The notes beneath the pieces were generated by a model. That model was given only the letters and a program-made list of their open reading frames with translations, was not told where the DNA came from and ran no database searches. DNA of 64,000 nucleotides, taken from assembly GCA_904063045.1 (NCBI GenBank), contig CAJFCJ010000053.1, positions 1 to 64,000 of the forward strand, written 5' to 3'. Positions 39,074 through 50,874 of the stretch are shown here, piece after piece (the stretch's first letter is position 1; each line of letters begins with the position of its first letter). This stretch comes from Dimorphilus gyrociliatus (taxonomy: Eukaryota; Animalia; Annelida). Position numbers and translations under genes: made by a program.

Positions 39074-40477
39074 GTGTTAGGGTTAGGGTTATTGCTTGGC
39101 AGGGTTACTTTTATGCAGCCAACATATTTTTTTTCCCTTAGGCAAAACCAAAAACCAATAATGGATTTAGACTTTTTTGCTATATGGTCACCAACTGTAA
39201 ATTTGATTGACCTCTTTGGTGAATTTATTCATCTAAGCCCAACTGAGGGTAGGATTAACGATTTACAACAATTTAAATCATTCATATCCCTCACTATCAC
39301 ACCATTTATTCTCAAAATTGAAAATAGTACAATGATTAAGGAGCAAATTTTTGAATATCTAAAGGATAATTATAATATCTTTCTATTACCTCATCAAAAT
39401 CAGTTAATATTATCAAATTCAAATCAACTTGTATCAACTTTAATTGTTATAAAAACTTTATTAGCTAACAAAATATATAAAGTCAGAATAGCAGCTTATG
39501 GTATGAAATCAACTCATATTCCTTCGATTTTATATACAATTACCAATAACCTTCCCAGTCATGACAATATATTTGATTTTGCATTTAATATTAAAATGGA
39601 TTATGGTGGTGGTGGTGGTGGTGATGATGATGATGAAACAACCAAGTTACATTTATTTAAAATACCAAAAAGCCATGGTATAACTTTTCCTATTCTTTAT
39701 GGAATTGGTGGAGGTTTTGGAGGTATATTAATTAAATATTTACCTCCTAATCCTTCGGTCTATAATAATAATATTGCAATTAAATTATACCAAAGTGGCC
39801 TTATACATATCATTAAAGCTGTTAATAAAATGGGTTATGAAGCTGAACCAAGAACAAATAAGGCTATTCATCTAAGATATTGTATGTTCAGAAAATTAAT
39901 TGACATTTTAAAGAGAAATCAAAAATTCTTACACAAATTATGTTTGGAGACAAGAATTAGAAACATCAACATGGAAGAAGGAATTAAAGTTGCCAATAAG
40001 ATATTAGGTGGTGGAAATGTTTATAAATTATTTCAATTAAATAATTTAAACATCCAAGAATGTACAAGACATATTGATTTGGCTGATTATTTCTATAATA
40101 TATATCACATATTAAAATTAGCTGAAGCCTATAAATTTGGTAAGGTTAAAAGCCAAAAGCCACCAAGAGAGGAACACTTACATTTATTAATTAAAATCTA
40201 TAGCTCACTTGGAATATTTTCCAATTATTGGAAGAAATGGAAATGTCCATATATTAACATCAGCTTTACTGGAAATATCACTTGCGATAATAATTTACAC
40301 AATGAAATTGAAAGTTTGTCTATAACTGACAACAATACAACTCAGCCTAATAAACCATTACCAATAATTCAAATTTGCAAAGAAAATCCAAATGATTGCA
40401 AGTCAGACCATTTGATATTTTTCAATAGTCAAGATTTCTCAATAACAGAGAGGGTAATTGAAAAAAAAAACCAGTAA
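39074..40477 (+). CDS. Intronless hypothetical protein (~450 aa; true start uncertain)
   Basis: Long open frame in AT-rich DNA; its first codons are TTAGGG repeats; no recognisable domain. Confidence 0.55.
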   Translation: MLGLGLLLGRVTFMQPTYFFSLRQNQKPIMDLDFFAIWSPTVNLIDLFGEFIHLSPTEGRINDLQQFKSFISLTITPFILKIENSTMIKEQIFEYLKDNYNIFLLPHQNQLILSNSNQLVSTLIVIKTLLANKIYKVRIAAYGMKSTHIPSILYTITNNLPSHDNIFDFAFNIKMDYGGGGGGDDDDETTKLHLFKIPKSHGITFPILYGIGGGFGGILIKYLPPNPSVYNNNIAIKLYQSGLIHIIKAVNKMGYEAEPRTNKAIHLRYCMFRKLIDILKRNQKFLHKLCLETRIRNINMEEGIKVANKILGGGNVYKLFQLNNLNIQECTRHIDLADYFYNIYHILKLAEAYKFGKVKSQKPPREEHLHLLIKIYSSLGIFSNYWKKWKCPYINISFTGNITCDNNLHNEIESLSITDNNTTQPNKPLPIIQICKENPNDCKSDHLIFFNSQDFSITERVIEKKNQ

Positions 40478-40500
40478 ATAAATCCAGGATTCTTCAACAG

Positions 40501-41772
40501 ATGGATAATTGTTTACAAATTGTACAACATACAAAAAACAAAAACAAGTTTACTGTTCAAGTTAGAGGAGGTGGATTTTATAAAACATTTTCATGTAGAA
40601 AAAAATTACTTCAAGATATTTACAAAAAGTTTGGTGAAAAATATCCTAATAAGTTTGTTACCAAAAGGAAACAATTCAACAGAACACTATGTATAAACCT
40701 TACTGAAGCAGATAAACAATTCAACATTCCCAATCAAATCATAACAAGAAGAATGAAAATGAGAAACAAAATTAATATCGATAAAGATATTTTAGGGAAA
40801 AAATCCTTTCTTCAACCTACAATCAAACTTCATTCCATTAATTGTGTTATAGAGTTTACAAAACTTAAATTAAATTATAGATTGAAAATGACTAAAAACC
40901 ATATACAAAAAGATTTTCAATCTATAATACAAAGTACACAGTGTCATGTTCAACTTAAAAAATTAGGGTGTAAATACCAGCAGAAAGTTATATTATTCAA
41001 CTTACAAAAGCTAATACACAATGATAATGATGATGATGATGGTGATGATGTATTTGATGATGACAACAATCAACTAACAAATCACAATAAATCAGGGTTA
41101 GCAGCAGGAGTTACAATTACAAAGCAACAGGCATTCAAAATTATAAATTTCAAATGTCTGTTATCAGCACCAGCTACCAATAACAACAACAACAATAATA
41201 ATAATAATAATAGAGAACAGCTGAAAGAAAGAAAAGGTCACCAAATCAGGGTTTATAATATCACCAACAGTCAACATTTAACATATGTCATTGTACCAGG
41301 GGATGGAAATTGCCTGTTTAGCTCTCTACTTTACTTTCAGACAAGGTTTACATGTCCAAATGTTTTAAGAAAATTTATTGTGGGACATTTGCTATGTGGA
41401 AATCTGGGGAATAAAAGTTTATTTGGAAATGTAACATTGAAAAAAAGGATCAAATGGCAGTATCAGAATATGGATAATTATAAAAAAACCATGTATTATG
41501 GTTTAGGTTGGGGGGGTTCTATTGAGATAGAAGCATTTTCGCAATTATTTAACAAGAAAATTGTTGTATATGGTAAACGGTTTCATAAATACATAATTGT
41601 GGAAATGACAAATATGCATGATGCCAACATTAACCAGATCCACTGCTTAATGTACAAAGATTACCATTATAATCCCATTGTAAATCAAGTTACAATAGGT
41701 AAGTTCAATAAAATAGTTGGTTTTAATCTGTACTATCTTTATTTAATTTCTACAGATTCTGTTCAGGGTTAG
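40501..41772 (+). CDS. OTU-family cysteine protease domain protein
   Basis: C-terminal VPGDGNCLFSSL (catalytic D/C), WGGSIEIEAFSQLF and YKDYHYN (catalytic H). Confidence 0.8.
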   Translation: MDNCLQIVQHTKNKNKFTVQVRGGGFYKTFSCRKKLLQDIYKKFGEKYPNKFVTKRKQFNRTLCINLTEADKQFNIPNQIITRRMKMRNKINIDKDILGKKSFLQPTIKLHSINCVIEFTKLKLNYRLKMTKNHIQKDFQSIIQSTQCHVQLKKLGCKYQQKVILFNLQKLIHNDNDDDDGDDVFDDDNNQLTNHNKSGLAAGVTITKQQAFKIINFKCLLSAPATNNNNNNNNNNNREQLKERKGHQIRVYNITNSQHLTYVIVPGDGNCLFSSLLYFQTRFTCPNVLRKFIVGHLLCGNLGNKSLFGNVTLKKRIKWQYQNMDNYKKTMYYGLGWGGSIEIEAFSQLFNKKIVVYGKRFHKYIIVEMTNMHDANINQIHCLMYKDYHYNPIVNQVTIGKFNKIVGFNLYYLYLISTDSVQG

Positions 41773-41839
41773 ATAACAGCCTTACAACTAACCTAAACTA
41801 TTATAGTCAACAACATCAACTTTACAAATTTCTGTTAAT

Positions 41840-42445
41840 GTTCCTTATGTATGTAAACAAGTTGTGGATTGTTAGGGAAAAACCAGTTTATAGTATTCCT
41901 AACAGTTTGTTAGATGCCATTTTGCTCAGTATTAATAATATATTTGTTTCTATAATCTGAAAAAACATTGATTACAATAAACATTTTCTTTATAAAACAT
42001 GGGTTAGTCAAAAACCATTCTATCAAGCACAAACTTCGATGCTTAATATCTCTAATTCCAAGCCCACAATTTTTTTTAATTTTTGATATGTGTTTTAGTA
42101 ATATGTTATAAGGCTATATTCAAAAAATAAAAAAAATAGTGGGCTTGGGTTTTGAGCTAGGGGTCAAAACGTAGAAAAAAACATCATTTTTTCCTATTTT
42201 ACACCTCAAACATATAGTTTGCTTCAAAATTTCAAAATTTTGAATCCAATTTATTACTGTACACCTTCAAATTGTTCAATTTAAAAAAAAAAAAATTCAA
42301 AAAAACAGAAAAAAATTTTTAATCGTTAATTTTCTTTCTCCAATATCTCAGCCTACAGATGCCAGCAGATGAAAAGACTTTAGTAAATTATTAATTAGGC
42401 ATATATATACAAGTTGGCATACTCAACTAAAAAGGAACCCCCCTG
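41840..42445. repeat. ~600-bp repeat, inverted copy of 52128-52735; possible Tc1/mariner-type end
   Basis: Colinear reverse complement; terminus TA|CAGGGGGGTTCC; a related end near 26310. Confidence 0.7.
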
Positions 42446-42464
42446 TAACCCTAACCCTAACCCT

Positions 42465-43748
42465 ATACTCATTGTGTGGAGAAAGGAGAGTAGTGATACT
42501 GTAGGAGAGGATGACAGGTTGAGAGAGTTCTGGAACTATCTTAACAACAGAAATGAGGGTATTAGTCTAACCAGATCTGAGGCTGGTAACACAACCATCT
42601 TTCTAGATTTGGAGATTCAACTCAATCCTCTAGTGTTCAAAACTCATTTTAAACCTACAGACAGTAGAAGACTACTTAACCCCAAGTCTGCACATCCCAA
42701 ACACACCATTAAAGGAATTTTATTTGCACAAGCTCTTAGGTATCTCAGAAATTGCTCAAAAATTGATACAGCAAAGGGACAACTCAATGATCTTAGGAAT
42801 TTAAACAAAGATCTGGGCTATACCAAATCAATGTTCAAAGAGGCATGGCTAAAAGCCACTAAGAGGATTGAAATTGAGAGGCAAGAATTTGAAGGTATGA
42901 AACCATGCAATGGTAGGAGATGCCTAATGTGTCTGAAGGTTAGGAAAACTAACACATGGCAATCAACTGGCAGCAACCAATGGTTCAGAGTCAGGGGAGA
43001 CTTTGACTGTACCTCTAGTTGGATAATTTACATTATCCAATGTACCCTATGTGAAATACAGTATGTGGGTCTTACCACTAGAACTCTAAGAGATAGGATC
43101 AACAACCATAAAGGGGATGTGAGGAATGGATCCAATAAATTGGTCTCTGATCATTTTCGAAAACATGGAATAGATCAGATGACTTACTGGGTCTGTGATT
43201 CCATTCCTGAGGAAGATCCTAACAGAGAGAAGACCCTACAGACTTTGGAAGCAAGGTACATCAAAGAGGCTAATACAGTTACTCCGTATGGCTTAAATGA
43301 GGATCATGGTTGCTACAGTACTACTATAGTACCACTGGTTGTCTACCATCCAAGTCCTTGGTATAAACTAAATAGAATACTTAAGGACCACTGGAGTGCT
43401 CTTAATGATGACAGTCCATTGAAAGCGATTAGGCCTATTATTGCCTTGAAACTGGGGAGATCATTGGGTAGCCTTATAGTAAAGGGAAGAACTGAAGGTC
43501 CACCTCAAGAGGATAATACCAACACTCTGAATCTATTAGAATGTTGGCCATCCCCATGGTGGCATATTAAAACAGTCTTCAATAAACCACAAAACAAATT
43601 CTCTATTGTGAATAACATAGAGAGCCTGGACAACAGCAATGACACAATTCTCACCATGGCCAATAGCTGGGTGGGGGATGATCAGGATAGTAGTTTTGCA
43701 GGTATTAATCTCCTATTGGAGATACAGAGAGAAATTGACAGTGAATGA
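42465..43748 (+). CDS. Penelope-like RT C-terminal region + Cys-rich linker + GIY-YIG endonuclease (5'-truncated)
   Basis: ILIVW..FLDL..FKTHFKPTD..SAHP..LRYLRNCS, then PCNGRRCLMC and IIYIIQCTLCEIQYVGLTTRTLRDRINNH..HF..LEARYI..GLNED. Confidence 0.9.
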   Translation: MLIVWRKESSDTVGEDDRLREFWNYLNNRNEGISLTRSEAGNTTIFLDLEIQLNPLVFKTHFKPTDSRRLLNPKSAHPKHTIKGILFAQALRYLRNCSKIDTAKGQLNDLRNLNKDLGYTKSMFKEAWLKATKRIEIERQEFEGMKPCNGRRCLMCLKVRKTNTWQSTGSNQWFRVRGDFDCTSSWIIYIIQCTLCEIQYVGLTTRTLRDRINNHKGDVRNGSNKLVSDHFRKHGIDQMTYWVCDSIPEEDPNREKTLQTLEARYIKEANTVTPYGLNEDHGCYSTTIVPLVVYHPSPWYKLNRILKDHWSALNDDSPLKAIRPIIALKLGRSLGSLIVKGRTEGPPQEDNTNTLNLLECWPSPWWHIKTVFNKPQNKFSIVNNIESLDNSNDTILTMANSWVGDDQDSSFAGINLLLEIQREIDSE

Positions 43749-44312
43749 AAATTAATAGGGCTAGTTATTGGCTGAGTAAGGATTGAACACCTCTTTAATG
43801 GGGAACAGGTTGTGGTAGTTGGCAGTGAACAAACAGTTCCCCAACAAAAACACCACATCTGGTTCTTATATCCTAACCCTAAGCTATAGCCCCCTAAAAA
43901 GATACAAATTAGTGAAACTTTACAACTAACCCTAACCTAAGATAATGGAACCAACACTTAACTCAGCAGAGAAGAAGGTACAGACTGGACAGACATGGGA
44001 CCTGTTCTGAACAATTGTTAAATAATAAAGAATGGGGTAATTTGTGGGGAGACACCTCTCTATGAGAGAACAGATGGTTGACAGTTGGCAGTGAACAAAA
44101 GTTCCCCAACAAAAGGTCCCTTCTGGTTTCCCAATCAACACAAAGACAACCCATTGACAATCATACATGAGCAGTCTAATGTAACCATAACCTCTACCTT
44201 CAACCATCTCTCAGTGTATTCCTTACATACAGGAACAAGTGTGTCTGATATATATAAGGGGTTGAAAGTTTAACATGGGTCTACAGACCTTATGCTACAT
44301 AGTACCCTAAGG

Positions 44313-45237
44313 ATATATATATCAAAGAGTTAGTTTTGATCCAAAAAAATCAGTGATGTGACAAAAATGTCCCAAATCTGGGCCGTTTAGGAGTTTCGTT
44401 ATGCGTCATCCTAGACGTTTCAATTTTGTTGGAGGTGATAGAGCTCGAAAAGAGCTTTTCACTGATATGCTACACGACCATGTAGCTCTTACGGTTCAGG
44501 AGTGGCTGAGCTTCGAAAATCGAAAATTTTCCGAGTTCGGGTAGAAAAATAAAAATATTTTTTTCTATCTTTCCGACGTAGGGGCAAGCTTGGATTCAAG
44601 TTTGAAAGCAATCCGACGATTTTGAAAAATTGGCCTTCACTGAGGCTCTGGACTTGTAAAGATTTCGCGAAAATCATTAATTTTCTAAGTTCATTGTCAT
44701 GTTAATTACCTGTATAAACATTACATTCGCCTGGGTACTTAGAAAGATTTTGGAAAAAATATTTTCCGAAAATATTCTAAGTCCAGCCTAACACAGTGTT
44801 AGGTTTTGGACTTGGAAAAATTTCGACTGAAAAAAGTCGATAAATTTTTCAAAAATATTCTAAGTCCAAATTGGAGGTGAAATCACCCCTTATCTTAGAT
44901 TCAGTTATATTTCATGGTGCGGTAATGAATAGGGCTCTGGACCGCCCCATGCAAATAGGATTGGCCATATATGTACAGAGGAAGGAACATAGAATTGAAT
45001 CTAGGTCTTCTTCTGTTACATTTTATGAAAAGTGACTTACCTGATTGTTATACCTGCGATTTTTGAAAGGTTACCCTCTAATTACTATAGAACGTAGGGT
45101 CGAGATACTCGTAATAGAGTCTAAGGCTGCCAGTCAGCCATCCTCACCTACCACCGTTAACTTCAAAGCTCCATAGCTCCGCAACCGCTGGGCCGATTTC
45201 GTTCAAATTTTGCACAGTTGCTCAGTTCAATTAGATC
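44313..45237. repeat. CpG-rich segment absent from the minus-strand PLE copy
   Basis: Present between ...CCCTAAGG and TAGCACTGTG... only in the plus copy; visibly richer in CG dinucleotides. Confidence 0.6.
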
Positions 45238-45739
45238 TAGCACTGTGTAAAATTTCATAACGATCAGAGCAAGTTGAAATTTCAACTTTCGTCAGTGGTC
45301 GACTTGCTTTACTGACCACCAAATAGGTGATTTGTTGCGAGATAAAGTGTGGGATCAAACCAGTACCTATCCTAAGGTATAGTAAGCCTCTCAGAGATCA
45401 GTCTGGTGGCAATCTAACCGGCCACTTTTCCCCTCTCACTTGATAAAGGAGGAATACCTCCGAAATATTGTGAGTTTTAATCTGGTGACATTTTGTTAGT
45501 TGCTAAATACAGGTTCTCTTCACCCTTGTGGAGAATTTGTAAGTGGTTTTGTTGGAGATACAGTTACAGCTTAGGCTGGGGAATTGCTACTCAAGATAGC
45601 AACTCCTCAACAGCTACACCAACCCTTAGCCAAAGCTTGGTTATAAGTGTGTGTGCACTTTTGGGATTACCAGTCTGTACTGATTGTGCTAATCCCTAAC
45701 CCCAAGACCTAACCCTAAGAAGGAATACAGGGATAGAAT

Positions 45740-48179
45740 TAACAAAACCCTGACCAGAAAACCTCCAACCTATAGTATTGATGATTGGGTACATATTAGG
45801 AGAGAAGATATTCACAGAGGTATGGAAAGGATACCAAGCTTTAAATGGAATGGACCATATAAGATAACAGCTGCAGATGCAACCAAATGTTTGTATGAAG
45901 TGGAATTGGAAGATGGCAAAAGAAAATATTATCATGCAACAAGATTAAGATTGGCTAATAACCAAGCAAGAGATGAGACAGTTAATCATGTTGGTACAGA
46001 AAATAGAAGAAAACCATCAAGGTTATTTCCAATTAGAGAGATAATACCTCTAATAATAATCATGATCATATTTATGCTACTACCATTGACAATGGCAAAC
46101 CAATTCACAACTGGTGCTAACATCACTTTAGAATTTGTACCTCCTATTCAATACTGCAATGGACAGCAACTACAGCAAGCATTTGATTTAGCAGATCAAC
46201 CTGAATGTCAAGTATACAACCAACCTGTGACCAAAATATTAGCCAATGTCTATGAAATAAACACAGCTGATTTAGAGGTTGAAGCAGTAAAATGCATGGT
46301 GAGGAAGAGAGAGAACTTCTACACTTATTATTTTTTTGGTTCAAAGAAGCACAGAGTTGAAAAATTCATTGTTACATTGTCAGAAGAAGAATGCAGAAAG
46401 ATGTATCAAAAGAAGAAAGCTTACTCTGGGCAGAAGCTTTATAACAAAGGAAATATTTGGACTTATAATGAAAGGAAAGGAACAGCCTATAAATACCCAT
46501 CAACAACTTTAGTTATAGAATATACTACAATTATACAAGTTGGAAAAGCATACTGGTTACCTTATCAAAACTATGTAACAACAGATCTTGATTTTGTTGA
46601 AGATTGTCCAGTCCAACAAGATTTTGCAGAACTATAAATTCAGTTATTATCCTCCAATTGTTAAAAGATAATAGAATCATGGGACAAGAATCACCATGGA
46701 GAGTGATTTCAAGAAGGATATCATGTATAAAGTTTGCAGGATATTACTCCTGTCCTGAATATACTATTATGGATAAATACTATAAAAATAGTTTCATAGA
46801 AGGATTTGGAGGGCCAGGTACAAGAGTTCTGGTTCCTATTGAAGAAAACCAACTTCTGAGAACAGATTTATCAACATCTGGGTACCAAGATGATGAAATG
46901 CTAAAGAATGCAGTATTCAAGCTGGCATCAGAAGAGGAAGTAGTTTATTTGAAAAAGTACCAGTCAAAGAGTTTATTGCTAAGGAATGCTCTTCAGAAAG
47001 ACCATGAAAGTATACCAACATTTAGAGATTGGTATAGGGAAGGAGATAAAACATAGCATATGATGATTAAAATCCCTGGTCTTGCTGTAGTCAGAACATA
47101 CCAATTAAAGCAACCTATAGCACAAGATGTATGGAGTATACAAAACACATATATTGGAAAAATGTTAAAGAAAGTAACCTTGCCCATTGCAAAGGAGTCA
47201 AGAAAAGACAAGTACAAAGTTACCCACAAATTTGTTGAAGAAAAATTGTTGCCAAAAACAGATGTTTGGTTTCAAGGACCTCAAGGGAAGCAGTTTAAGT
47301 TGACTAAAAGAAAATTAGGATATCTCCTACTAGAAAGAGTTGCAAAATCAGAAGAAGAAAAAGAGATGAAAAAAAAAATCACCATAGTGGAACAAGGGCA
47401 GCATTTCTAAAATCAGTTGATAGAAATTTCATCAACTTACAAGAAACCTTTAACCAGCTCTCAAGAATGTTATGTAGAGCATTTGTGCAGAGGGATAGGA
47501 TGATAACTCCACTAAGTCCTATCTCACCTCAGTTACCTACAGTTTTATCTGAAGAGAAAGGAACACATAGCACTTGGCTGGGAGACCTCACAACAATTAA
47601 TTATTGTACACAACACAAATCTATTCAGATCATATGTGACTTGAACATTATTGTGAAAGATGGTAAATGCTCAAAGCAACTATTGGCCAAGTATAAGGAG
47701 TTAATATTCTCAGTGGAACCCATAACCCATCAGATACGTGAAATCAGCTTAAAAGATATAATATATGGCAAATGTAACACTGAAAAAAATCTATTCAAGG
47801 TAAAAGATAATCCTTTGGAAAGCCAGAGTAATAATGAACAAATAAGCTTGATCAATATTCAGATCAACTAAATTATGCAAAACAAATTGGCATTAACCCT
47901 GCAGTAACTAAATCTAGAAGATATTTTATGGCTTGGACAACGAAACCACTACAAACTATTATCAATTTCCTTATTCCTGAAACAACAACTGGTGCAATTG
48001 GAATGATATTGTATTGGATAAAGATGAAAGGATTACATAAAAATGTAACACAAAGAATACTAAACAGATTCAGAAAAACAAATGACATTAAATCCATTGA
48101 GGAAGGCCAACCCTTAAGAGTTGTCAGCAGCAGGAAAGGTCAAGTTATTATTGCCAATGTTGAACCATCAGTGGAATGA
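45740..48179 (+). mobile_element. LTR-retrotransposon fragment: integrase C-terminus plus frameshifted env-like class III glycoprotein
   Basis: YSIDDWVHIRR..KWNGPYKI..YEVEL..YHATRL, then a hydrophobic signal, Cys-rich ectodomain pieces and a C-terminal hydrophobic segment, split over five ORFs. Confidence 0.7.
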
Positions 48180-48189
48180 TGCTTTAAGG

Positions 48190-49870
48190 AGATAATAATC
48201 AACAATTTCTACCAGAAAGGTTAAAAAAAATGTTTACAAATATTGTTTATATCAATGGCATTATAAGAGGAGATCCTTTTCATAGAAGACTCCAACAGGA
48301 CAAGATATCTCCTTTAAGAAATATTGTTCAACATTTAATTTTTAATGAGATATTAGTCAACACTAAAGATGTGATGGAACAACAACAAAGAAGAACTGGA
48401 AGAAGAAGATTAAACAGACAAGATATTCAGGCTATAGAGGAACAACACAATGAGTGAAATTAACAAACCTATCAAAACTAAATTTCAATCTCTGTACATT
48501 TTATATAAACACTTTGATATTTCTCTAGTTTAAAATAGTAATATTAGCATAATATAACTATGTATTTATATCAATGCAAAATTGATTAGGTGTGTGACAC
48601 ACTGGAATGCCAGAGGCTGACATATCACTTCTTATATAATACCAAATGTGTCTAGGCTTGGGATACTAAAACTTTTATGTAATACCAGATACTTGTCAAG
48701 ATAAACTGACATATCTTAGGATATGTCAATTACATAACACTCCTCTATATAAGCTACAAGGTCTATCAAACATCATCACTTCAAGAAAATTCTCAGAACA
48801 AGAAGGACTGCTTTCTACAAAAACTCTGTTTAGTGATTCAACATCTACATACAACAAAAGATCACTTTTCTACATCAAACAACTCTGAGAGAAAAAACAA
48901 AGTAAGCTATATGTTTGTTTGTTCATTTGTGAAATTAAAGATACTATAATGTTTTACATTTATGTATCTATTTGTTTATATATGTTCAGGTGACTTTAAG
49001 ATGTTATAGTTGATTTTCATCACTTTCATTTCTTTCATTAACACTATAAGACCTGTCAGACAACTTGGATTATATATCTTGCTGTTTAACAGTTCAAAAA
49101 TTGTTCAATGAGGAACAGCACCAAATGAAAATTATAAACTCTGGCATCTTTTGTAAACATTATATACACATTGTACCTCCATTATACCTAAACATACCAA
49201 TAGGACAACAAAAAAAAACATTAGGCAAATAACTATATATCAGACCAAAGAAAATTTCAATAACTGAAAAGTAAGCAACTAGATATTACAAAACAAAAGT
49301 CATCTTATTGACAAGCATTACAAAGAATCAACTTCTATGGTTGATATTCATCCATACATATATACACGTACAAATACACATACAATTTCAACATCCATAC
49401 AACAAGAACATTCTTGCAAGGAAGGATTCAATTATAAAATTGGTCCTTTCCTCCCCTTCAAGATAGTTCTTAGGTTATACTATCCTCTGAATTGACCCTG
49501 ATGAGTCTTTGCATTAAAAGGGGAAGACGAAACCATGGTAGGTCAACCATACTTGGCAACCATCTAGATTAATATATCCTAGGTTAAACATACTATTGCA
49601 ATTTAAAACCAAATCAAAAACAAACAAACAGACATAAATTGATTAGTGATGGGAAGAGTACTTGTTTTAAAATGTACAATAAGTTCTTACTCTTGCATTC
49701 CATTTCATTATGGGATCTTCTGAAAGTTTGGTGGAAGTTATTTGACTTTCATCAGAACTGAGACCTTAGTGTCTAGTTCAAACCTATATATAAACCCTAA
49801 CCTAACCCTAATCTATACTGGATTGGCAAACCCTAACCCCAAGACCTAACCAAGACCTAACCCTAATTTC
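48190..49870 (+). mobile_element. HHR family-1 element, copy C (ORF 3' end, HHR, tail, telomere-like repeats)
   Basis: IIRGDPFHRR..RRTGRRRLNRQ ORF at 48230-48457, shared 3' blocks, HHR at 49492, tail ending AAACCCTAACCTAACCCTAA. Confidence 0.8.
49492..49546 (+). ncRNA. Hammerhead ribozyme, minimal type I, family 1
   Basis: UUGACC-CUGAUGA-GUCUU..AAGAC-GAAA-CC-AU-GG-UA-GGUCAA. Confidence 0.9.
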
Positions 49871-50874
49871 TTTATACATCTTTAAATGTTTTTATCTAAA
49901 TGTGTTTAAGCCAAAGTAAGCAGAGTATTCAACTATATTCAACTTTGCTTTTTAATTTTGTTGATTTTTGTTATGATAATGACATTTTGTTTAGAAACTC
50001 AAAATTTAACCTTCAGCCGCACCCATGTTGTAAGAGCAATAGTAGACTAGCCATATTTGATAAATATTTCACATTAATATGAATTCTATACAATCATAGC
50101 TAGAACCCTGCTTCAATGCACATTGAAATCGCAGTAAATTTAAGTTAATTTTATAATGTTACAATTTCTGAGCTCTATGGGGAAAGTAATTCAATGTCTG
50201 CCAGAGATTAGGTCTAAATTTCTAGTTAACATTTTAAAACTCTAACTCAAACTCTTATATTCTCTCTTTTATCTACAATTCTAAAATATGACAAAAGTTT
50301 GTTTTTTTAAACTTTGCTTTTATTTTTTAAGAAAAGACATTTAGAATCTTTTTCATGCACAGTTATCATTAAAATTTAATGTTAAATCTGCTTCTGCATG
50401 AGCGTGCAATGGAATTACAAAAAGATTTCCTGGATATTGAGCAACTGCGACAGTTGGTGTAGCTTGCTTGTTCTCTCTATATTGAAATACTAAATTAAAA
50501 TATCACTTTAAATGGAATTATACTTTTACCAGTGCAAATTCCATATTCAGATCACTGTCATCCAATCCAAATTCTCTTTCAGCAAGTTCAGCCAATAGAT
50601 CATTTAGCAAAGGATAAGACAATGCCTGATGAATGAAAAGTAGTATGCAGCAAATGGCTATTACAGTCTTCATCCTGGAATATTTACTTTACTTTGTAGA
50701 ATTTAGTTTAGCAATTGAAACTACTGAAAATAAATTTAATATGTCAATGATTTCATGTTAAAAACAGGTTTATATATAAAATTTTTAAATATTTCACCTT
50801 ATTCATAGTTAAAAACCCTTTTCAAATTGAAAGTGCAGGTTCCTACCCATATTGTATGTCTGTCCTATTTTTCC

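Larger units (their letters stand above)
42446..45718 (+). mobile_element. 5'-truncated GIY-YIG Penelope-like element with a (TAACCC)3 cap and telomere-like 3' end
   Basis: (TAACCC)3 at 42446-42463 abuts RT sequence. The downstream non-coding region matches the 16975-18025 copy except for 44313-45237. Confidence 0.88.

Noticed and set aside
42414-42464. N-terminus MAYSTKKEPPCNPNPNP of the PLE ORF
   Set aside because: Read-through of a flanking repeat and telomeric hexamers, not element protein.
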